A DNA stretch of 64,000 bases from Eledone cirrhosa (taxonomy: Eukaryota), in assembly GCA_964016885.1 (NCBI GenBank), contig OZ024745.1:85498001-85562000 (forward strand), written 5' to 3'. Below are positions 1 through 10,517 of this stretch, in pieces (within the stretch, counting starts at the first letter, position 1; each line of letters opens with the position of its first letter). Made by a program: the position numbers and the translations under genes. The notes under the pieces were generated by a model. That model made no database searches and had not been told where the DNA came from. It was given only the letters and a program-made list of their open reading frames with translations.

Positions 1-746
1 TTTCCCCTACCATTCAAAATCTATACAACTTCATACTTTCTGCTACTTTCTCTTTCCAAGTTTGATGGTTATACTGTCCGTTTTACTCTCTCATATCATC
101 TGCTTGCCTCTAACTACAACCCACACATTTTGCTACTTTCTCTTTTATACAGCTACATTTATTCAACAACAAGCGATAAATCTTTTTTAAAACCTCTTTT
201 CCAAATGTATACAAACACACACTCACTTCAACAACAACAACAATCTGCCTTTTATAGATAATGATAAACAATAATATCCTCTATGAGGACACTAAACCTG
301 CTAGAAACAGCAGCTAACTCTCCCCCATATCACACCGCTCCCTACTGTCTTAAATTTAGAAAACACATATCCTCTATGAGGTCACTAAACCTGCTAGAAA
401 CAACAGCTAACTCTCCCTCATATCACAACCCTCCCTACTGTCTTAAATTTAGAAAACACACAGACAACCATGCAGAACAACTCCATCGCAGCTCTGTTGT
501 TCGGCTGGCATCGACAACGCGCGTGTTGCGCAAGTACTGTGAAACAATAAATTTCAACACTTTTTTGCACAGAGATAATATCCATAGGCGAAACTACAAT
601 TGTCACTGCTGGCGCAGCTCCTGCTTCCAGGTCTGCAATTCATTCACCCAGTGCCTGGCAGACAAAAATGTGCTGCCATAAAATGGGTGGTGCAACCTAA
701 CTTTGGTAACTTAATGACCCCGAGCAACGCCGGGCTTTAATGCTAG
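1..746 (+). mobile_element. Helitron-like non-autonomous element, 3' part
   Basis: Ends in a GC-rich hairpin CCCGAGCAACGCCGGG (719-734), 8 nt upstream of CTAG (743-746) followed by T: the canonical Helitron 3' end. The 5' boundary is not visible. Confidence 0.65.
274..460. repeat. 93-bp tandem duplication (2 copies) inside the Helitron-like element
   Basis: ATATCCTCTATGAGG...AAATTTAGAAAACACA recurs with period 93 (ATG at 283 and 376). Confidence 0.9.
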
Positions 747-747
747 T

Positions 748-768
748 ATATTATATATATATTTTATA

Positions 769-824
<56 letters not shown>

Positions 825-1067
825 ATATATATATATAAATTATAAATATATATTATATTACATATATATATATTATATATATATATGTATTATATATATA
901 TATTACATATATATATATTATATATATATATATTATATATATATATATCTATTATATATATATATAATATATATATATTTATATATATAATATATGTATA
1001 TATTTATATATTTATATATATATTATATGTATATATATATTATATATATATATATATTATATATATA

Positions 1068-1137
<70 letters not shown>

Positions 1138-1142
1138 TATAT

Positions 1143-1182
<40 letters not shown>

Positions 1183-1197
1183 TATATATATATATTC

Positions 1198-1273
<76 letters not shown>

Positions 1274-1320
1274 AATATATATATATTATATTCATATATA
1301 TTATATACATATATACATAT

Positions 1321-1352
<32 letters not shown>

Positions 1353-1353
1353 G

Positions 1354-1450
<97 letters not shown>

Positions 1451-1452
1451 TA

Positions 1453-1504
<52 letters not shown>
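748..1504. repeat. Degenerate (TA)n microsatellite
   Basis: Direct reading; source of spurious YI-rich ORFs. Confidence 0.98.
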
Positions 1505-1506
<2 letters not shown>

Positions 1507-1514
1507 AACGAGTA

Positions 1515-1617
1515 GGACCCCGACGGCTGAGCTCAAGCCGTTTCGACGGCTAATTCTGGACTAAATGAAAATGTTTATCCTGGTATATGAATAGCCGAGC
1601 TTTTCAGGGCTAATTCC
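1515..1617 (-). ncRNA. Hammerhead-like motif, family A (core CUGAAAA in this copy)
   Basis: Reverse-complement copy of 3423-3527. Confidence 0.5.
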
Positions 1618-3422
1618 ATATATGGTAAAAGTGATTGTCACAAGGATTGGTAAAAGGTTTGTTGTTCTGACACATAATTCTATCATGATTTGTGGAGGGA
1701 AGGGGTAGCTGAACCTGCCAGTAGTGCCAACTATAGCTGGGCAGGAGGGCAAGGAAGTATTATAGGGAGGGAGGGTAGGGGAGGATGTCGAAACAATAAG
1801 TAAAACAATATGGGGTAAATATATAGAAAAATACCGAGAATGTTAAAAAAACAATTAAATATTTAAAAAAAAACAATTTCTGGGTACTATAACCTGAGGA
1901 CAGCTATCAAGTCTCTCACTGGTACTGCTAGACTAAAGAAATGTTTACTAGGTGGGACGGAAATATAATGAGACCCTTTTAAGAGGTATTAGTAATCAAC
2001 CGAGTATAACTTACGGTGACGGGTCAACAAGTGGGGGGCCAAAATACTAAAGAAACTACCACAAAATAATAATTCAGAGTCCCGAGACTAATACGAAATA
2101 AAGGTTTCTACCCCAGGCACAAGGCCAGCAACCATCCAGTGCAAAATAATAAACTAATAGGATATAATAATTCAGAATCCCGAAAAAGAATACAAGAAAG
2201 ATGAACTGGTAACTGCATGTAAACACAGATTGCGTAGGACTTACCTCGCCCTCAAACCCCATAATGACTCGGGTGGGGGTGGGGGACAAGGGCTATAACA
2301 CCCCACTTGCCGACTTTGTAATGGGTAACCCCCGCTTGCAAAGGTAGACGTAAGATCGTCTTTTATATCTTTTTATCGCTTCCTCTATATTTCCTTCTTC
2401 CCCTTCCCTCCCTAGTCCTTCCACCCCAGTCCTCTTTCTTTGTCGTCGTCCTTTTCACTTTCTCGCCCACCCGAGGCAGCCCCTCTGTCCTTTGTAGCCT
2501 CAGTACCCCCACCCCCTTCCCCTATTCTATGATAGAATTGGCCGACTCCGCTTTTTATAGCAGATGTGATAGACACCGGATACTTGCCTTCTTATCCGAT
2601 GGCTGCCCCTTTTCCGTGCTTTCTACATTTCTTAGTGGTATCTTGCTTTAATTTTTCGTATATCAGTATTTATTTGGGGGGGGGGGGGGCTTCTGATTTA
2701 ATTTTCCGTATCAAATTTTTCATATACTTCGTACGAGGATTTATGTAGTTTGCACTAGAATTTTTATTTCGTAGCGGCACCCTTAGAGATAGTATTAGTA
2801 TTCTTTTTCGGGATTCTGAATTATTATATCGTATTAGTTTCTTTTTTTGCACTGGGTGGTTGCTGGCCTTGTGTCTGTGGTAGAAACCTTTATTTCGTAT
2901 TAATCTCGGGACTCTGAATTATTATTTCGTGGTAGTTTCTTTAGTATTTTGGCCCCCCACTTGTTGACCCACCACCGTAAGATATATTGGGTTGATTACT
3001 AATACCTCTTAAAAGGGTCTCATTATAATTCCGTCCCACCTAGTAAACCTTTCTTTAGTCTAGCAGTACCAGTGAGAGACTTGATAGCTGTCCTCAGGTT
3101 ATAGTAACCAGAAATTGTTTTGTTTTTTTATATTTAATTGTTTTTTTAACATTCTCGGTATTTTTCTATATATTTACCCCATATTGTTTTACTTATTGTT
3201 TCGACTACCTCCCACTCCGCCTCCCTAGTATACTTCCTTGACCTCCTGCCCAGCTGTAGTTGGCACTATCAACGCACGACTGGGTTTCCCCCACCCCCTC
3301 TCCCTCTTTCTTCTACTGGCAGGTTCAGCTACCCCTTCCCTCCACAAATTGCCATGATAGAATTATGTGTCTCAACAACAAACTTTTGACCAATCCTTGT
3401 GACAATCACTTTTACCATATAT

Positions 3423-3527
3423 GGAATTACCCTCTGAGAAGCTCGGCTATTCATATACCAGATAAACATTTTCATTTTAGTCCAGAATTAACCGTCGAAA
3501 CGGCTTGAGCTCAGCCGTCGGGGTCCT
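3423..3527 (+). ncRNA. Hammerhead-like motif, family A (atypical core CUGAGAA)
   Basis: Stem I ACCCT/GGGGT, CTGA at 3434, long interrupted stem II, GAAA at 3497, stem III CGGCT/AGCCG, GUC triplet at 3517-3519. Confidence 0.6.
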
Positions 3528-3639
3528 ACTCGTTCCTATTACCCACTCTACTACCCTAAGTATTGCGTACTTTGGTGCGTTATGGTCCACCTGGTTCTTT
3601 ACCACATTTCTTTCGTTATATATATCTATATATAATATA

Positions 3640-4280
3640 TAGAAATTACATGAATCAAAGTTCTGTTCAAATCATTTATTCTCTTACAATTGTTTCTTCC
3701 AAACCGAGGTTTGGAGTCTTCGGAGCAATTTTTCAATGATTGTTTACATACATGACCTCCTTTTCAACACATTAGACATACAGAAACATATGTATATATT
3801 GATGCACAGTGGGTTGACATCCATTATAATATTTAAGCTTGGCAGTTTACATTCAAAGATTAAAGACATATTAAAAGAAAATTACAACAAAATTAAAGTT
3901 ATAATACAACATTGGCAGTTTACGAAGAATATGCAGGAGGATAGTTAGAAGTAGTTAGTTACACGTGGGGCATACAGTGTGTCCTATTTATATAAGATTA
4001 TAGTGCGGTAAGGTGTTATATGGGATATAAGCACTTTAAGCGGGCAATCAAGAGTATTATGGGCGTTGTATAGTATTTTATGTGTATGATATAGAAGCTT
4101 GTGTGCAGAGATTCATGTAACTTCTATATAACTGCTCTGTAGAACAACTGATGTTATTACATTGAGCTGTTTATCTTATTGGTAATAAGGTAGTAATAAA
4201 TTACTGTTTAGGGTTTAAAATATATATAATTATAAAAGGTTTTAGTATATACATAACCATAAATAGTATCCTTAATACTA
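3640..4280 (-). mobile_element. PLE family D relative, non-coding foldback remnant
   Basis: 3640-3760 is homologous to 61550-61670. 4110-4260 is the inverted tail, homologous to 61390-61560. Short inverted repeat TAGAAATTACATGAATC / GATTCATGTAACTTCTA. Confidence 0.75.
3679..3731 (-). ncRNA. Minimal hammerhead, family D (core CCGAAGA)
   Basis: Reverse strand reads ATTGCT CCGAAGA CTCCAAACC TC GGTTTGGAA GAAA CAATTG TA AGAGAAT. Confidence 0.65.
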
Positions 4281-4305
4281 TATATAATATATATATATAT
4301 AATAT

Positions 4306-4374
<69 letters not shown>

Positions 4375-4454
4375 TATATAATATATATATATATAATATA
4401 TATATATAAATATATATATAAATATAATATATATATATAATATATATATTATAT

Positions 4455-4506
<52 letters not shown>

Positions 4507-4589
4507 ATATTATATATATATATATATTATATATATATATATTATATATATATATTATATATATATATATATATATCATATATACGATA

Positions 4590-5330
4590 TTAATAAATGG
4601 AAACTATATTTATAAAACCATATTTATTTCATTATACATATTTCAGGGATACTAAATTAAAATATGGTATGCCTTCATCTGACAAAATACAATATATAAA
4701 CAGTTTTATAAATAATTTTGACGTACCCTATTAAATGCAACCAGTATTTTTGGAAGCTGTCTGGATAGTGAAATGTTTATTATTTTATTAGTTATAGTGT
4801 TAAGCACAATTAGAAAAAGACGGAGAGAAAGAAAGAAAAGACGGAGAGAGAGAAGGAGAAAGAAAGAAGGAGAGAGAGAAAAAGAAAACCTGGAGAAATA
4901 TCGGAGAGAGAGAGAGAAATGTATGTAGAAAAGAGAGAGATAAATAGATAGGAAGAAATAAAAAGAAAGAAAAAAGGAAGAAATAAGGAAGAAATAAGAA
5001 AAACAAAGGAAAGCAACAGAGAGATAATAAGTCATCATACAGATAGAAAAACTCAAGAGAGAGAAAATACTATATAGAGAGAGGGGGAGATAGTGACAAC
5101 TTTACGTCATGTCATATTAAGTTGAGTTAACAATTTATATGAAATGAATAATAAAAATATAAATATCAATATTCATGAATGGGACATAGGTATATAATAT
5201 GAGAAAATAACATTGTTCAATAATGACCATATGTTTAGTTTAAAAACTTGAGATCAATATACCAAAATCTGAGTTAAATCCTTCAAAAAAAGTACCCTAT
5301 TTATAAAAATCAGGATACAAATATGTATAT
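4590..5330 (-). mobile_element. Diverged PLE family C 3' end (pLTR plus part of the 3' UTR)
   Basis: 4590-4770 is homologous to the reverse complement of 13915-14100 and includes an HHR with core CAGATGA (4618-4697). The right boundary is uncertain. Confidence 0.7.
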
Positions 5331-5639
5331 ATATATACACACATATATACGTCCTGAAAATAAAAATTATGTCTACTCAAGCCAATAATATAGACACACT
5401 TCTTGTGTTATAAAAAGTTCACAGTATATATACATAAATATACGATTAATATTCATGTCCTCATATATACGATTACCGTTCATGTATCTAATATTATGCA
5501 TATCTGCAACACACATCGCATATATACACACACACATATATACACATATATATGTATAAATAAATAAATAAATATCTGCGTGAGTTTTCCAGCATCGGTC
5601 ATGTATATATACATACATATATGCAAACACATAAATAGA

Positions 5640-6333
5640 ACCTATAACACTTTTATAGATATTTATAGGGGGGTTGTCACAGGTTGTTTTTTCATATATG
5701 AGTGTTTGAATTTCTTTTTACTTGAAAAAGGGGGCTCACAAAGGCTTTTTTGGGGTTGGTTATAAATGAAATTATGGCTGTCACGTGAACAAGTTTTCAT
5801 TAAATTTTCGTGCCCTTATTTGGAAATCCATTCTGTAGCCTTTTTAGCGAATTTTATGATAAGTGAAAGATAATGGTCAAGAGAAAGAGATGGGAGAATT
5901 GTTCTGGTTCAGTGAATATGGTTAGTTCGCTGGGGTGTCAGAATTCAGATTTTCTATTGAATAAAGAAAGTAAAGATATGTATGTTTATTTGTGTGCTTG
6001 TGTGTGTGCGCGCGTGTGTGTGTGTGTGTGTGTGTTTGAATTTCTTTACTTAAAAAAAGGTGGCTCACGAAGGCTTTTTTTTAATAAACGTGATTTGATT
6101 GGTTATAAATGAAATTTGGCTGTCACGTGAACAAGTTTTCATTAAATTTTCGTGCCCTTATTTGGAAATACATTCTGTAGCCTTTATAGAGAATGTTATG
6201 ACAAGGGAAAGATAGTGGTCAAGAGAAATGGGATTGAGAGAATTGTTCTGGTTCAGTGAATATGGTTAGTTCGCTGGGGTGTTAAAGTTCAGATTTTCTA
6301 TAGAAGTAAAGATATGTATGTTTATTTGTGTGC

Positions 6334-6374
<41 letters not shown>

Positions 6375-7680
6375 TATTGGAAGATGATTCTATTAGTAGA
6401 AATGGGGGAGGGAGTTGTGTGTGTGTGTATATGGGTGTTATGTGTGTGTGTGTGCGAGTATGTTAAGATGGAGAGAATATATATTTTGTGTGTGTATGTG
6501 TGTAAGAAAGTGGTTCTATTAGTAGAAATGGGGGAGGGAGTTGTGAGTGTGGGGGTTGTTATGTGTGTGTATGGGTGTTATGTGTGTGGGAGTATGGTTA
6601 GCATGTTAAGATGAAGAGAATATATATATATATATATTGTGTGTGTGTGTGTGTAGGAAAATGATTCCTTTAGTAGGAATATTTTTGAATGAACATATTT
6701 TCCTTACTTATTCGTATTTGTTCTGTTGTATTGTCAGTGCAAACGTATGTTAAGGTTTATTTAGTTCGGGTTTTTATTTTCTAAAGTAGAAGGTGTTATG
6801 TGTGTATGTCATATTATGGTGTTGACATAATGTATATTAAACCATATTTAATGCTGGTCTATATTTTTGAATAAACATATTTTCCTTATTTATTCGTATT
6901 TGTTCTGTTGTATTGTTAGCGCAAAGGTAAAATGGGAAGACTTGGAATGTGGGTGTCTTATTACTTGCGCAAATGTCTAGATGTGCACTTAGTGGTATCT
7001 GTCTCGTGGTTGGATCTCGTAATTGTTGGCGATGAACTGTCATTCTGTTTCTGAGCGTGAGTTTAGTTTGTCCTATATAATCTTCATTGCATCCTTTACA
7101 TTTAATGGCATAAATTAGATTTTTTGATGAGTAAGTGAAGTGATTTTTTACAGTAAAATGTTGTCCTTATTTAAATGTATACGTGATGCCTTCAATGAGG
7201 TGAGTGCAGGTTCCACAATTAGAGCGACCACATTTTTTGATACTTGGTTATGGGTTTGTGGTAGATAATTTGGCATTGGTGAGTAATGTTTTCAGTGATT
7301 TTGGTTGTCTTTTGTTTTTGATTATTTTGTGTGTTTCAAGGGCTTTTTTCATTCTTGGGTTTTGTTTTAGTAGTGGGATGTTCTGGTGAATAGTGTTGTA
7401 AGCTTCCGCATTTATTGGGTTTAGTGTTGAGATATATGATAGAATATTGGACGTACCTTGAATTTGTTTCTGTTTCCGTAATTCATCAATGCCTATTGCT
7501 TTAGCACTTTCTATTCCATTATTTATTAGTAATAGTGGGTACTCTCTCTCTCGAGTAGAATTTCCTTTAATTCTTGAAGTCTTTTATTTCGCGTTTCATA
7601 ATTGGAGACAATTGTGCAAATTCTTCTTGCTAGGTTAAAAGGAATGTTCGTCTTCGTGTGCTTTGGATGGTTGGAGGTAT
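5640..7680 (-). mobile_element. Neptune-like PLE, 5'-truncated
   Basis: Minus strand 7680-6837 encodes thumb SNHPKHTKTNIPFNLARRICTIVS, linker KKCGRSNCGTCTHL and GIY-YIG NLIYAIKCKGCNEDYIGQT...RMTVHRQQ...HLDIC. The 3' region has tandem duplications and (TG)n; the left boundary is uncertain. Confidence 0.75.
6837..7680 (-). pseudogene. PLE RT thumb plus GIY-YIG endonuclease fragment (disrupted)
   Basis: Motifs as above, interrupted by stops and frameshifts. Confidence 0.8.
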
Positions 7681-7777
7681 AATATATATATATATATTTA
7701 TATACTATATATATATAAATATATATTATATAAATATATATATTATATATATAAATATATATTATATATATATATTA

Positions 7778-7846
<69 letters not shown>

Positions 7847-8120
7847 TATATATATATATATATTATATATATTATATATATATTATATATATATATATTA
7901 TGTATATATATTATATATATATATTTATATATATATGTATATATATATATATTATATATATATTATATATATATATATTATATATATGTATATATATATA
8001 TATTATATATATATATATTATATATATTATATATATGTGTATATATATATATATTATATATATATATATATTATATATATATATATATTATATATATATA
8101 TATATTATATATATATATAT

Positions 8121-8665
8121 TATACTGATTAATGTTCAGAGCCATCCTCAACATTCTCGTGTAGCACCCATCCACCATCTGAGTGAGTTTCTTGGTCAGT
8201 GTCCAAGTCTCAGACCCATACAGCAGCACAGACTCCACTACAGCAATGAAGAGGCGGACTTTCAGGTCACTACGAAGGTCTGACTTCCACACCGATCTCA
8301 AGCTGTGGCACGCCGCCCAGGCCTTGCTCTTCCTCTCAACCATTAATCGGTATACACTGAGGATGAAAAACTCAGAGCTGTATGGGAGCATCCCAAAAGT
8401 CAGCTCAAAAGTGAGACAGAGGAGACAGAGGAGACTGAGGTTAGCTGGACATGCTCACCGACATCCAGAGTTGACATTGCACTCAGTGCTCCTTTGGGAG
8501 ACCCTACATGGACACACAAGAAGAGGAAGACCAAGGTTAACGTATGTTGATGCCCTAAGGACAGACACTGGTCTGTTGGACACGCAGGACATGGCAGCGA
8601 TAATGAGGGACAGAGATCGCTGGAGTGAACTCCTCCATGGATCTCGGGAATTTTACCCGCCTTAG
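8121..8665 (+). mobile_element. RTE-clade LINE 3' fragment with inverted 5' half
   Basis: Minus 8340-8121 encodes KVRLFIAVVESVLLYGSETWTLTK...DGCYTRMLRMALNI. Plus 8341-8665 continues NSELYG...RRLRLAGH...RRGRPRLTYVD...MRDRDRW. (TA)n on both sides. Confidence 0.85.
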
Positions 8666-8666
8666 A

Positions 8667-8713
<47 letters not shown>

Positions 8714-8721
8714 ATATATTA

Positions 8722-9702
8722 ATTTATTAAAATAACAGATTAAAGTTTAAGCAAAGAATCGCTGCTTTCACCCTTAACGGGATCTTCTGGTATTTAGGGT
8801 TTGGCTATGTGTATACGGGAGTTTTGCGTCCGCGTGAGTGTGCAGGTTCGTACGTTGGTGGGTGTGTGTATATGTGTACTTCTTGTTTTAGTTGACTTAC
8901 GTCTCCGAACCTCCGTGTATTTATATGTAGGTATGCGTGTGCGCTTGTTATATACGTATTTATTTACTTATATACGTTTATATAATTATTTATTTATTTG
9001 TACACAAGCATACACACACACACATATTTATATGTGCGTGGTTTTGTATACCCATGGTAAGGTTTTGCGTATGCTTGTGTATGTACGTATCTGTTTGCGT
9101 GTATGTATTTATTTGTTTCTATTACTTCTGTATTGTATTTATTTACTTTGTTCTTAACTCTGTAGCGGATATTCATTTGGTCTCCTAGTTAGAATTTTAG
9201 TCTACGATTTCTGCTATACCATTTACGTGGTTTTGTCTTTGCGTGCTATTGTTCTCCACGCTCCACATATGACTTATTATCTTCGTTTTTTCGTTCATTG
9301 CCAGAGAACGTCTCTATGCACCACCTAAGAGAACATTAGTCTACGACCTCTTTTATACCATAAACGTGGTTCTGTCTTTGCGCGTAATTGTTTTTCACCG
9401 CTCCTATTAATGACGTATTATTCGTTTTTTCCCGTTTCTAGCCAGCGAACGTTTCCACGAACCAAAGTATCGTCTTCCTGTCTTCCTCCGGTTGCAACGT
9501 TTTTTGAAATATCCAGTTCTGCGTTTACAGATTGACTTTGTTAGTTTCAGAAGATCCCGTTAAGGGTGAAAGCAGCGATTCTTTGCTTAAACTTTAATCT
9601 GTTATTTTAATAAATATTTGCTCTACGGTTCTTATATATTTGATATATATTTTCCTCATCGAGCCCTCTTTGGATTTTAGTCTTCAATTTTATTATTATT
9701 AC
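8722..9702 (+). mobile_element. PLE family B, non-coding 3' copy with short inverted 5' arm
   Basis: 8789-9702 is the reverse complement of 48755-49668. 8722-8789 is an inverted copy of the pLTR end. Confidence 0.9.
9527..9602 (+). ncRNA. Hammerhead-like motif, family B (core CAGAAGA)
   Basis: ACAGATTGA..AGTTT CAGAAGA TCCC GTTAA GGGT GAAA GCA GCGATTCTT TGC TT AAACT TTAATCTGT. Confidence 0.65.
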
Positions 9703-9750
9703 TATAATATATATATATATATAATATAATATATATATATATAATATAAT

Positions 9751-9829
<79 letters not shown>

Positions 9830-9833
9830 ATAT

Positions 9834-9902
<69 letters not shown>

Positions 9903-9927
9903 ATATATATATATATATAATATATAT

Positions 9928-9993
9928 ATCATAAAACATCTCTATAGAATCACCAGATTGTTGCAAAACACCTATGTATATATGTAAACCTTT
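9928..9993 (-). repeat. 65-bp dispersed motif embedded in (TA)n
   Basis: Copies at 48538-48602, 56587-56747 and 60937-61057; partial inverted copies at 56855-56880 and 61313-61331. Confidence 0.85.
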
Positions 9994-10059
9994 ATATATA
10001 ATATATATATTTATATAATATATATATATAATATATATATATAATATATATATATATAT

Positions 10060-10117
<58 letters not shown>

Positions 10118-10124
10118 ATATATA

Positions 10125-10166
<42 letters not shown>

Positions 10167-10182
10167 TGTATATATATATAAT

Positions 10183-10213
<31 letters not shown>

Positions 10214-10517
10214 CAATATATATAATATATATATATATATAGTATATATATATATATATATAATATATATATAGATATATAATATATATATGTATATATA
10301 TAATATATATATATATATAATATATATATATAATATTTATATATATATATATATAACATATATATATAATATATATATATGTATATAATATATATATGTA
10401 TATAATATATATATATATATGGAAAGTTATATTTAAATTGTTGGGTTACTACTAGTAAATATTTATAACTGATATAAAAGCACTCAACAAGTATTTGGAG
10501 TATATTTACGATATTAT

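Larger units (their letters stand above)
1505..3620 (+). mobile_element. PLE family A, 5'-truncated copy with inverted 5' arm
   Basis: 2194-3620 encodes the EN C-terminus KKDELVTACKHRLRRTYLAL, then the 3' UTR, pLTR and tail. 1505-2193 is an inverted copy of about 2795-3537. Homologous to 28958-33088. Confidence 0.9.

Noticed and set aside
283-681. 132-aa ORF as a host gene
   Set aside because: It lies in a 93-bp tandem duplication within a Helitron-like end and has no recognisable domain.
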